Below are positions 10,488-18,944 of a stretch of 32,000 nt of DNA, one piece after another. The notes beneath the pieces were generated by a model. The model worked only from the letters and a program-made list of their open reading frames with translations, was not told where the DNA came from and ran no database searches. The translations under genes were made by a program, and so were the position numbers. Source of the DNA: Mycolicibacterium smegmatis (GTDB lineage Bacteria; Actinomycetota; Actinomycetes; Mycobacteriales; Mycobacteriaceae). The stretch's first letter is position 1; the number at the start of each line of letters is the position of its first letter. The stretch spans positions 2,880,001 to 2,912,000 of the forward strand of contig NZ_LN831039.1 of NCBI RefSeq assembly GCF_001457595.1. The letters run 5' to 3'.

Positions 10488-11480
10488 TCACGAAGCAGAC
10501 GGTTCCTCGGCGGCGCCGGGCACCGGGTCGGGCTCGTCCCGCACCGGTTCCTCGGCGCCGCCGTTGCGCGCCCTGGTCTCGATCCACTTGCGCACGCGCG
10601 TGGCGTGGGTGTCCGCGGCGGGCCACTCCTCCTGGATCGCGGCGTTCAACTCAGCGCCGATCATGATCGCGAAGCCGAGGAAGAACGCGAACAGCAGGAA
10701 CGCGATCGGTGTCGCCAGCGCGCCGTAGGTGTAACCCGTGCTGGTGATCCACGTCAGGTACACGCGAAGGCCGACCGTCGTCACCAGGAACACCACCGTG
10801 GCCAGGACGGTGCCCAGCAGCAGCCGATGCGTCGGCAGCGGCTCGGGAAGCGAGACCCGGTAGAGCACCGTCACGAACAGGGCCACCGCGAAGAACAGCG
10901 CCGGGTAGTAGCCGTAGTGCAGGGCGTTGTCCCAGCTGTCGGGCAACTGCTCGGCGATCTTGCGGGGCCCGAGCGCGACGAGGGGCGCCGCCGCGATGGC
11001 CCCCACCAGCATCACCACGTACAGGCCCAGCGCGTAGAAACGCTGGCGCACCGGATGCCGCAGCGGCGTCTGATCGTGGGCCTCGACGATCGAGTCCACG
11101 AACGCCGACACCGCGGACGAACCGGCCCACAACGAGATCACGAACCCGATCGAGACGACCTCGCCGCGTGCGCCCTTCACGATGTCCCGGATCGTCGGTT
11201 CGATGATCTCGTTGACGACATTGGGGGAGAAGAAGCTGTTCGCGGCGGTGATCAGCTGATTCTGGATCGTCGGAAGTGTCTCCGGTCCGAACAGCGGTGC
11301 GATGTAGGCCAGACTTCCGAGCATCCCCAACAAAAGCGGGGGTAGCGACAGTGCGCACCAGAACGCCGCCTGGGCCGACTCGGAGAAGATCGAGTCGTCC
11401 CAGCTCTTCGACAACGTACGTTTCGCGATGTGCCGAATGTGGTGGCGTGAAGGTGGTACCGGAAGCGGTTGGCCAGTCAT
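10488..11480 (-). CDS. YihY/virulence factor BrkB family membrane protein (Rv2707-like)
   Basis: Multiple TM segments, FSESAQAAFWCALSLPPLLLGMLGSLAYIAPLFG, GAELNAAI motif near C-terminus. Confidence 0.9.
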   Translation of the reverse strand: MTGQPLPVPPSRHHIRHIAKRTLSKSWDDSIFSESAQAAFWCALSLPPLLLGMLGSLAYIAPLFGPETLPTIQNQLITAANSFFSPNVVNEIIEPTIRDIVKGARGEVVSIGFVISLWAGSSAVSAFVDSIVEAHDQTPLRHPVRQRFYALGLYVVMLVGAIAAAPLVALGPRKIAEQLPDSWDNALHYGYYPALFFAVALFVTVLYRVSLPEPLPTHRLLLGTVLATVVFLVTTVGLRVYLTWITSTGYTYGALATPIAFLLFAFFLGFAIMIGAELNAAIQEEWPAADTHATRVRKWIETRARNGGAEEPVRDEPDPVPGAAEEPSAS

Positions 11481-11552
11481 GACCAGACCAGCATTACTGA
11501 CGAGGTGTGCTCCTGCCCAGAAGGGTGACTCTCAGCGGTGCGTGTCGCGTGC

Positions 11553-11744
11553 TCAGGCTTCGACCGGGCTCACTTCGATGACGGCCGACAACTCGATCAG
11601 CTTGGCCTCGTGCTCGTTCGCGTGGTGCTGGCAGAAGAGGAGCTCGGCTCCGGACGGCAACTTCGCCCGTACACGAGCCGCCGCACCGCAACGATCGCAG
11701 CGGTCAGCTCTGGTCAGCTCGGGGCTTGTCAGAGTTGCGTTCAT
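11553..11744 (-). CDS. Small DUF7455-type zinc-ribbon-like protein, 63 aa
   Basis: MNATLTSPELTRADRCDRCGAAARVRAKLPSGAELLFCQHHANEHEAKLIELSAVIEV; CxxC...CxxH pattern; plausible ggag SD. Confidence 0.8.
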   Translation of the reverse strand: MNATLTSPELTRADRCDRCGAAARVRAKLPSGAELLFCQHHANEHEAKLIELSAVIEVSPVEA

Positions 11745-11901
11745 GGCTCCTCCGTCTCTCTTCTGCGCGACTTCGGCAAAGTGCCGATGTGCGTATCTCT
11801 ACTCTGTCAGACGTTTTGGCTTCCGGCGTTGTTCCCCAGGGCTTTACCGGTGTGTCGTGTCTCACGTCCACGCCGTGTTGCCGGCCCGGCAAGCTGGCGG
11901 T

Positions 11902-12267
11902 ATGAATCCGCCCCCAGCCGAGCCGAGCGTTCTCGTCCACCTGTGCAGCGCCGAGGACTGGCGACGCGCCCAGGAGTCCGGCGAACATCGGCCCGAATCG
12001 CTCGACGCGCAGGGCTTCGTCCACCTTTCCGCCCCTGAGCAGGTACATCTGCCCGCGAATCGTCTCTACGCGGGCCGCCGGGACCTGGTGTTGCTCCGTA
12101 TCGACCCCGCCAAACTCACGGCGCCGGTTCGATGGGAGCACGGTGTTCCAACGGATCCGGAAGCCATGCTGTTCCCGCATCTGTACGGCCCACTGCCGGT
12201 CGATGCTGTGATGATTGTTACGGCGTATCTGCCGGGCCCCGACGGCACCTTTTCACCGCTTGCCTGA
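11902..12267 (+). CDS. DUF952 domain-containing protein (Rv2705c-like)
   Basis: VLVHLCSAEDWRRAQESGEHRPESLDAQGFVHLSAPEQVHLPANRLYAGRRDLVLLRIDPAKL; last part of ORF 11428..12267; ATG at 11902. Confidence 0.88.
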   Translation: MNPPPAEPSVLVHLCSAEDWRRAQESGEHRPESLDAQGFVHLSAPEQVHLPANRLYAGRRDLVLLRIDPAKLTAPVRWEHGVPTDPEAMLFPHLYGPLPVDAVMIVTAYLPGPDGTFSPLA

Positions 12268-12483
12268 TCCGGGGCGAGGCGTTCACGAAACGGTTCGGCG
12301 TGCCCGGCGCGCCGCGGGTGGTGGCGGGCCATTGCGTGGGTCCGGGACGCCATCAGATCCGGACAGGCCGGAACCGGGGCACGTACAGTCCGGTACTGAT
12401 GCGCAATCACATTGAGCGGGAAGGGTTTTCGCCCCTAGGCTCCGCACGGCGGGCGGGCACCTGAATTGCCCTGTGTCACAACA

Positions 12484-12497
12484 GCGCTGCGCAGCGC
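12484..12497. repeat. 14-bp perfect palindrome in DUF952-sigA intergenic region
   Basis: gcgctgcgcagcgc equals its own reverse complement; function unknown. Confidence 0.3.
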
Positions 12498-12545
12498 ACC
12501 GTGCGTGGTTGCTCGTCGTGTCGGAGGACGCGCGCCGCGAACACA

Positions 12546-12581
12546 CCGACGGCGGACCGGAGATGTCCGGTCCGCCGTCGG
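12546..12581. terminator. Very strong hairpin, likely sigA transcription terminator
   Basis: ccgacggcggaccgga-(gatg)-tccggtccgccgtcgg: 16-bp perfect stem, 4-nt loop, 14 nt past the sigA stop; no U-tract, which is common in mycobacteria. Confidence 0.8.
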
Positions 12582-12595
12582 CGTCAGGAGTTCTT

Positions 12596-13995
12596 CTAGT
12601 CCAGGTAGTCGCGCAGCACCTGCGAACGGCTCGGGTGGCGCAGCTTCGACATGGTCTTGGACTCGATCTGGCGGATGCGCTCACGCGTGACGCCGTATAC
12701 CTGGCCGATCTCGTCGAGCGTGCGCGGCTGGCCGTCGGTCAGGCCGAAGCGCAGGCGCACGACGCCGGCCTCACGCTCGGACAGCGTCTCCAGCACGGAC
12801 TGCAGCTGGTCCTGCAGCAGCGTGAACGACACGGCGTCCACGGCCACGACCGCCTCGCTGTCCTCGATGAAGTCACCGAGCTGGCTGTCACCCTCGTCGC
12901 CGATGGTCTGGTCCAGCGAGATGGGCTCACGCGCGTACTGCTGGATCTCCAGCACCTTCTCGGGCGTGATGTCCATCTCCTTGGCGAGCTCTTCGGGCGT
13001 GGGCTCGCGGCCCAGGTCCTGCAGCAGCTCACGCTGGATACGGCCGAGCTTGTTGATCACCTCGACCATGTGCACCGGGATACGGATGGTGCGGGCCTGG
13101 TCGGCCATGGCGCGCGTGATGGCCTGGCGGATCCACCACGTGGCGTAGGTCGAGAACTTGTAGCCCTTGGTGTAGTCGAACTTCTCGACCGCACGGATCA
13201 GGCCCAGGTTGCCTTCCTGGATGAGGTCGAGGAACGCCATGCCGCGGCCGGTGTAGCGCTTGGCCAGCGACACCACGAGGCGCAGGTTCGCCTCCAGCAG
13301 ATGGTTTTTGGCGCGGTCGCCGTCGCGGCAGATCCACTGCATGTCGCGGCGCTGCTGCACTGGCAGCTTCTCGCCCTTCTCGGCGAGTTCGGCCAGCTTC
13401 TGCGTGGCGTAGAGACCCGCCTCGATGCGCTTGGCCAGCTCCACCTCTTCTTCGGCGTTGAGCAGGGCCACCTTGCCGATCTGCTTGAGGTAGGCGCGGA
13501 CCGAGTCGGCCGATGCGGTCAGCTCGGCGTCTTTGCGTGCCTGTCGCAGGGCCTCGGACTCTTCCTCGTCCCACACGAAGTCGCCGGACGCCTTGTCCTT
13601 CTCGGACGGCTCGTCGATGTCGTCGTCGGCGGCCTTCGCGGTCGCGACGGCGGGCGTCGCGGCATCGGCCTCTTCTTCCTCGTCCTCGACTGCGGTGTCG
13701 TCGTCGGAGTCGAGGTCGTCGAGTTCCAGGTCGGTGTCTTCGACGTCGAGATCCTCGCCGGGCTCAGCCTCGAGATCGTCGGTCACCTCAAGGTCGTCGG
13801 TGACGCCGTCCTCGGGCTTGGCAGCGGTGCCTTTGGCGGCCCGCTTGGCCGGGGCTTTCTTGGCGGGGCCTTGCCGCCGGCTTTCGCCGCGGCGCTCTTG
13901 GCTGCCCGCTTGGCTGGGGCCTTCTTGGCGGGGGTCTTGGTAGCGGTGCGCTTCACCGGCTCTTCGGTTGCCGGGCTTGCCTTTGTCGCTGCCAC
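12596..13995 (-). CDS. sigA: Primary sigma factor SigA, apparently frameshifted near 13865-13868 in this sequence (466 aa if one base is restored)
   Basis: Core ORF 12596..13786 carries all sigma-70 regions ([54 protein letters not shown]...[32 protein letters not shown]). N-terminus [33 protein letters not shown] is in another frame (ORF 13783..14001). Confidence 0.93.
13831..13935 (-). repeat. Two imperfect Lys/Ala/Pro-rich coding repeats in the sigA N-terminus
   Basis: ctttggcggcccgcttggccggggctttcttggcggggcc (13831-13870) versus tcttggctgcccgcttggctggggccttcttggcgggggt (13896-13935), encoding [12 protein letters not shown] copies; the former is one G shorter. Confidence 0.75.
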
Positions 13996-14125
13996 GTACA
14001 CCCTTTCGGTCTTACGAATTCCCGGTGGGCATGGGCATGCTTCACCGGAAGCGTCTGCTAACGAATGTTGGCGTTGTTATCGGCTGGGATACTCACCGCT
14101 ATTCGGTAGGCGGCCGCCGACGTCC

Positions 14126-14131
14126 ATTGTA
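14126..14131 (-). promoter_or_regulatory. Candidate -10 element (TACAAT) upstream of sigA
   Basis: Minus strand gtgacgtTACAATgg about 130 nt upstream of the GTG start; no clear -35. Confidence 0.3.
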
Positions 14132-14190
14132 ACGTCACCGCGGGTCCTACCGCGCCGACCGGCGCAATTTGCCGCGAGTCGCACACCGGA

Positions 14191-15009
14191 TCACAGTTGC
14201 TGCCCGCCGGTGGCCTGGACGTCGACCACCGACGCCATCGCCGCGCCGACGATGCCCGCCGTGTTCTGCAGGGCCGCGGCGACGACGGGCGTCCGGTTCT
14301 TCAGCATCGGGATCCACTTGTCGGCCTTGCGGCTGATACCGCCGCCCGCGATGAACAGATCGGGCCAGATCGCGTTCTCGATCGTGATCAGGACCTTGGT
14401 GACCTCCTCGCTCCACCGCGAGTAGCTCCAGTCCTTGCGTTCCTTGACCGACGAGGCGGCGCGGTGCTCGGCTTCCTTGCCGCCGACCTCGAGGTGACCA
14501 AATTCGGTGTTGGGCAACAGGACACCGTTGTGGATCACGGCCGATCCGATGCCGGTGCCGAATGTGAGCAGCACGATCACGCCGCTGTTGTCCTTGCCCG
14601 CGCCGAACCGTTCCTCGGCCAGGCCTGCGGCGTCGGCGTCGTTGAGGACGGTCACCTCCTGACCGTCGAGCGCCTTGCTGATGGTCTCGACGGCGTTCAC
14701 GCCGATCCACCCCTTGTCGACGTTGGCGGCGGTGCGGACGATGCCGCCGGTCACCACGCCGGGATAGGTCACGCCGAGTTTCCCGGTCCAGCCGAACTCG
14801 CGCACCACGGCCGCGACGGTCTTGGCGACCGCCTCAGGAGTCGCGGGCTGCGGCGTGTCGAGCTTGAACCGCTCACCGACGAGTTTGCCGGTGTCGAGGT
14901 CGACGATGCCGCCCTTGACCCCGCTGCCGCCGACGTCCACGCCGAATCCTCGGCGGCCGGTGGTCCCTGCGGTCGTCGGATCGGCCGTGGGCTGATCTTG
15001 TGCGGTCAT
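14191..15009 (-). CDS. ppgK: Polyphosphate/ATP-dependent glucokinase (ROK family), 272 aa
   Basis: GFGVDVGGSGVKGGIVDLDTG, VLLTFGTGIGSAVIHNGVLLPNTEFGHLEVGGKEAE; adjacent to sigA as in mycobacteria. Confidence 0.95.
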   Translation of the reverse strand: MTAQDQPTADPTTAGTTGRRGFGVDVGGSGVKGGIVDLDTGKLVGERFKLDTPQPATPEAVAKTVAAVVREFGWTGKLGVTYPGVVTGGIVRTAANVDKGWIGVNAVETISKALDGQEVTVLNDADAAGLAEERFGAGKDNSGVIVLLTFGTGIGSAVIHNGVLLPNTEFGHLEVGGKEAEHRAASSVKERKDWSYSRWSEEVTKVLITIENAIWPDLFIAGGGISRKADKWIPMLKNRTPVVAAALQNTAGIVGAAMASVVDVQATGGQQL

Positions 15010-15177
15010 GGGAGCTCCTTTGCGGGACAGGCAATGCCGGCTCGGGGGCCGGTGTGGAGGTCGGGAGGGGTGGACTGGCAGGCGACGCGCCTCACCCTAG
15101 TTGCTCGCGGACGCGCGTGCGTGCGCTCTGCCATCCCTCTGAGCGACTTTTCCAGGCGGACATGTTGCGATAGAGCG

Positions 15178-16029
15178 GTGACCGAGAACAGCACCGATCC
15201 AGCCGAGCTGCGGGCCGTGGCCGAGCAGTTGGCAGACGAAGCCGCAGAACTGGTCCTTCGACGTCGCGCCGAGGTGTTCGGCGCCGCGGGCGCGTCCAAC
15301 GACGACGCGGCCGGCGGGCAGGCCGTGCGGACCAAGAGCACGCCGACGGACCCGGTGACCGTCGTCGACACCGAGACCGAACGGTGGTTGCGCGAGCGGC
15401 TGGCGGTGTTGCGGCCGGGGGAGCACGTCCTCGGGGAGGAGGAAGGCGGGAAGCAGGAGGGTCGCGCGGGGCTGAGCTGGGTGCTCGACCCGATCGACGG
15501 CACGGTGAACTTCGTCTACGGCATACCCGCCTATGCGGTGTCGATCGCCGTCCAGTTGGACGGGCGGTCCATCGCGGGAGCCGTCGCGCACGTGTCGGCG
15601 GGCGCGGTCTACTCGGCCGCGCTGGGCGGCGGTGCGCACGTGCGCCAGAACGGGGTGACGACGCCGCTGCGGTGCAGTGCCGTCGACGACCTCGCGATGA
15701 CGTTGGTGGGCACGGGCTTCTCCTACTCGCACGAGGCGCGCAGGCGCCAGGCCCAGGTGCTCGCGCAGATCCTGCCCACGGTGCGGGACATGCGCAGGCT
15801 GGGTTCGTGCGCGCTGGATCTGTGCATGGTGGCCGCGGGCCAGCTCGACGCCTATTACGAGGACGGCGTGCACGTGTGGGACTGGGCGGCCGCGGCGCTC
15901 ATCGCGGCCGAGGCCGGGGCGACGGTGTGGCTGCCCGCCGGTGGCGGTGGCGGCAAGGTGATCGCCGCGGCACCGGGGGTCGCCACGGCGCTGCGCGACG
16001 CGCTAGCAGGCGCCGGTATGGATCTTTGA
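15178..16029 (+). CDS. suhB: Inositol-1-monophosphatase family protein, 283 aa
   Basis: GEEEGG, WVLDPIDGTVNFVYGIPAYAVSIAV, VWDWAAAALIAAEAGATV metal-binding motifs; GTG start at 15178 in frame. Confidence 0.93.
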   Translation: MTENSTDPAELRAVAEQLADEAAELVLRRRAEVFGAAGASNDDAAGGQAVRTKSTPTDPVTVVDTETERWLRERLAVLRPGEHVLGEEEGGKQEGRAGLSWVLDPIDGTVNFVYGIPAYAVSIAVQLDGRSIAGAVAHVSAGAVYSAALGGGAHVRQNGVTTPLRCSAVDDLAMTLVGTGFSYSHEARRRQAQVLAQILPTVRDMRRLGSCALDLCMVAAGQLDAYYEDGVHVWDWAAAALIAAEAGATVWLPAGGGGGKVIAAAPGVATALRDALAGAGMDL

Positions 16030-16653
16030 CACCAGCGACGAGTCGGCCGGCTGGGTGGCGTCGGGACGCAGGCTCGCCAGCACGGCCTTGATGTCGTCAC
16101 TGCTGCTGAGCTCGCTGAACTCGGTTCCGAGCGCCAGATCCACTGTGGCGTCGGGCCTTTCGTCCTCGAACAGCTCAGTGCACGGCGCCACCAGCCAGAC
16201 CGCGGCCGCGGCCGCGCGGCCCGACGGCCCGAACCGGATCTGGCCCTGGCACTGCAGGCGGGTGCTGGAGTAGATCGGGTCGTTGGCCGCGTCGGGCTGT
16301 GCGAACCCGAGATCGCGCAGTTCGCTGGCGATCTCGCCGGCCTGACCGCCCTGGCCGCTCGCGTTGAGCACCCTGATCTTGGTCTCGGCGAGCGGGGCCG
16401 GGGTCACATCCGTCATGTCAGAGGGCGCCACTTGTTTGCCGAGTTTCGGGGCGGCGGGATCGCTGGCGGGCGGCGGGTCGTTGCACTCCAGCGCCTGCTG
16501 CACATCGATGGGCTGATTGAGCGCCATCACCCACACCATCAGCGTCACCACGGCGAGCGCGACGAACAGCACTATGCCGGGGATGTAGTTTCGACGGCGA
16601 AAAGGGCGACCGTGACGGTCGAAGGCTGTGCCCTCGGTGATTTGCGCGACCAC
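16003..16653 (-). CDS. cei: Cell envelope integrity protein Cei (LytR_C domain membrane protein)
   Basis: MVAQITEGTAFDRHGRPFRRRNYIPGIVLFVALAVVTLMVWVMALNQP...TKIRVLNASGQGGQAGEIASELRDLGF; opposite suhB in conserved position (Rv2700-like). Confidence 0.88.
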   Translation of the reverse strand: MVAQITEGTAFDRHGRPFRRRNYIPGIVLFVALAVVTLMVWVMALNQPIDVQQALECNDPPPASDPAAPKLGKQVAPSDMTDVTPAPLAETKIRVLNASGQGGQAGEIASELRDLGFAQPDAANDPIYSSTRLQCQGQIRFGPSGRAAAAAVWLVAPCTELFEDERPDATVDLALGTEFSELSSSDDIKAVLASLRPDATQPADSSLVSKIHTGAC

Positions 16654-16818
16654 TCCGACACTCTAAAGCCATGGTCGCCAGGTGTGGCGCGCGAGCTCAG
16701 ACAGTGGTGTGATGTAAATCACACTGGAACGTGTGGCAATACGGGCACGAATCGTTTGGGGAATGCGTTCGACGCTGGTACAAAGCTCTGCTGCAAGGTA
16801 AGGGAGGGGACACAGACG

Positions 16819-17121
16819 ATGGCTACCGACTACGACGCCCCGCGGCGCACAGAGACTGACGATGTTTCCGAGGATTCGCTTGAGGAACTCAAAGCACGGC
16901 GCAACGAGGCGCAATCCGCTGTGGTGGACGTCGACGAGGCGGAGACCGCCGAGTCCTTCGAACTCCCGGGGGCGGACCTTTCCGGAGAGGAACTCTCGGT
17001 CCGGGTGGTCCCGAAACAGGCCGACGAATTCACCTGCTCCAGTTGCTTCCTGGTGCACCACCGCAGCCGTCTCGCCAGCGAGAAGAACGGCGTGATGATC
17101 TGCACCGACTGCGCGGCCTGA
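16819..17121 (+). CDS. DUF4193 domain-containing protein, 100 aa (Rv2699c-like)
   Basis: MATDYDAPRRTETDDVSEDSLEELKARRNEAQSAVVDVDEAETAESFELPGADLSGEELSV...CSSCFLVHHRSRLA...CTDCAA; good SD (gggagggg). Confidence 0.95.
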   Translation: MATDYDAPRRTETDDVSEDSLEELKARRNEAQSAVVDVDEAETAESFELPGADLSGEELSVRVVPKQADEFTCSSCFLVHHRSRLASEKNGVMICTDCAA

Positions 17122-17129
17122 CCGGCCGC
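17113..17129. terminator. Small hairpin spanning DUF4193 stop, between convergent genes
   Basis: gcggcc-(tgacc)-ggccgc, 6-bp stem; weak. Confidence 0.25.
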
Positions 17130-17141
17130 AGACCGATTCGA

Positions 17142-17621
17142 TCAGGCGTTCAACGCCGCCAGCAGGCGATCCGGGTGACGAGTGCTGACCAGCCAGTACG
17201 GGGTGGGGTCGTCCGGATCGTCGAGAACCACCAGAACCATCGGGCCCACCCAGGCGCGGTGCACGACGTAGGCCGCGGGATCCAGCTGACGGCCCAGGGC
17301 CGCCGACTTCGCCGATTTCGGCACCTCGGCGCTGCGCGCGACCACCGACCTCGGCAGATGCGCCGCATTCACCCACAGCTCGTTGTCGCCATCGGGCGAA
17401 CTCACTACCCGAACCTCGGTCTTGCTGAACCACAGCAGCACCGCGGCTGCCACCGGCAGCAGCACGGCATACGGAACCCAGGCCGGGATGCTCGACACCC
17501 CCATGACCACCTCGAAGGCGATCAGCGCCGCGAATCCCGCGGCGATGGGAATCCACCACCAAGGCACCCACAACCGCTCGCGATACCGCGTGGTTTGGGT
17601 GGTTGCGCGCGTGTCCGACAC
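17142..17621 (-). CDS. DUF3093 domain-containing membrane protein (Rv2698-like)
   Basis: [30 protein letters not shown]...[11 protein letters not shown]; GTG start at 17621 ([17 protein letters not shown]) preferred over 17699. Confidence 0.87.
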
Positions 17622-17632
17622 GCGGCTCAGAG

Positions 17633-17638
17633 TAATCT
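17633..17638 (+). promoter_or_regulatory. Candidate -10 (TAATCT) for leaderless dut
   Basis: TAATCT ends 9 nt before the dut GTG start. Confidence 0.5.
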
Positions 17639-17646
17639 GTGACGTC

Positions 17647-18111
17647 GTGTCCACCTCTCTGGCGGTCGTCCGATTGGACCGCGAGCTTCCGATGCCCACG
17701 CGGGCGCACGACGGTGATGCCGGCGTCGACCTCTACAGCGCGGAGAACGTCGAACTGGCCCCCGGGCAGCGGGCCCTGGTGTCGACCGGTATCGCGGTCG
17801 CCATACCGCACGGAATGGTCGGCCTGGTGCACCCGCGTTCGGGTCTGGCTGCGCGGGTGGGTCTTTCGATCGTCAACAGCCCCGGCACGATCGACGCCGG
17901 CTACCGCGGTGAGATCAAGGTTTCGCTCATCAACCTGGATCCGCAGACGCCTGTCGTGATCAGCCGCGGCGACCGGATCGCCCAGCTGCTCGTGCAGCGG
18001 GTGGAACTTCCCGAGCTGGTGGAGGTGACCTCGTTCGACGAGGCCGGTTTGGCGGACACAACCCGTGGCGACGGCGGTCACGGTTCCTCCGGCGGACATG
18101 CGAGTTTGTGA
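17647..18111 (+). CDS. dut: dUTP diphosphatase, 154 aa
   Basis: [66 protein letters not shown]-terminal [12 protein letters not shown]. Confidence 0.97.
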
Positions 18112-18902
18112 TGGCATTCGGTAAGCGCAAGAAGAGCGCAGCGGACGACAAGCGGACCGGCGACCAGCCCGTGGCGGCACATGCCGCCCCCTCGGCGGCC
18201 GACGAACAGCCCGATGAGGACCTGCAGGGTCCGTTCGACATCGAGGATTTCGACGACCCCGCGGTCGCGGCCCAGGGCCGGCTGGACCTGGGTTCGGTGC
18301 TGATCCCGATGCCCGACGGCGGGCAGGTGCAGGTCGAGCTCAACGAGGCCGGGGCGCCCAGCGCGGTGTGGGTGGTCACGCCCAACGGACGGTTCACCAT
18401 CGCGGCCTACGCGGCGCCCAAGACCGCGGGTCTGTGGCGCGAGGTGGCCTCCGAGCTGGCGGAGTCGCTGCGCAAGGACGCCACATCGGTGAGCGTGCAG
18501 GACGGGCCGTGGGGCCGCGAGGTGGTCGGGGCAGGCAACGGCGGTGTCGTGCGGTTCATCGGCGTCGACGGCTACCGCTGGATGGTGCGGTGCGTGGTCA
18601 ACGGCGTCCCCGAGACCGTCGACGCCCTCGCGGCCGAGGCCAGGGCGGCACTGACCGACGCCGTGATCCGCCGCGGCGACACGCCGATGCCGGTGCGCAC
18701 CCCGCTGCCGATCCAGCTGCCCGAGCCGATGGCCGCCCAGTTGCGCGCCGCCGCGGCCGCTCAGGCCGCCGCGCAGCAGAACCCGGCGGCCCAGCAGCCG
18801 CAACAGCAGGAGGGCGAGCAGCCTCAGCCGCCCGAGCCGGTAGCCCGGCGCAGCGCCCAGGGTTCGGCGATGCAGCAACTGCGCACCATCACGGGCGGCT
18901 GA
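18111..18902 (+). CDS. DUF3710 domain-containing protein (Rv2696c-like)
   Basis: [17 protein letters not shown]...GPFDIEDFDDPAVAAQGRLDLGSVLIPMPDGGQVQVELNEAGAPSAVWVVTPNGRFTIAAYAAPKTAGLWREVASEL; start overlaps the dut stop (tgatg). Confidence 0.93.
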   Translation: MAFGKRKKSAADDKRTGDQPVAAHAAPSAADEQPDEDLQGPFDIEDFDDPAVAAQGRLDLGSVLIPMPDGGQVQVELNEAGAPSAVWVVTPNGRFTIAAYAAPKTAGLWREVASELAESLRKDATSVSVQDGPWGREVVGAGNGGVVRFIGVDGYRWMVRCVVNGVPETVDALAAEARAALTDAVIRRGDTPMPVRTPLPIQLPEPMAAQLRAAAAAQAAAQQNPAAQQPQQQEGEQPQPPEPVARRSAQGSAMQQLRTITGG

Positions 18903-18944
18903 ACCCGCCGGCAGGGCCCACAGCGCCGGTCACGCGCGGCTCGG

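Noticed and set aside
11704-12180. 158-aa minus-strand ORF opposite the DUF952 gene
   Set aside because: Conflicts with the well-supported DUF952 gene and the DUF7455 start; no recognisable domain.
12473-14425. 650-aa plus-strand ORF opposite sigA
   Set aside because: Antisense shadow of sigA; its length reflects GC-rich codon bias, with no independent motif or start signal.
14197-15177. N-terminal two-thirds of plus-strand ORF 14197..16029
   Set aside because: This part is antisense to ppgK; only the suhB portion from GTG 15178 has protein-family support.
16697-16732. GGAAC...CGTT pair upstream of the DUF4193 gene as an ECF promoter
   Set aside because: Spacer is about 22 nt, too long for the 16-17 nt SigE/SigH consensus.
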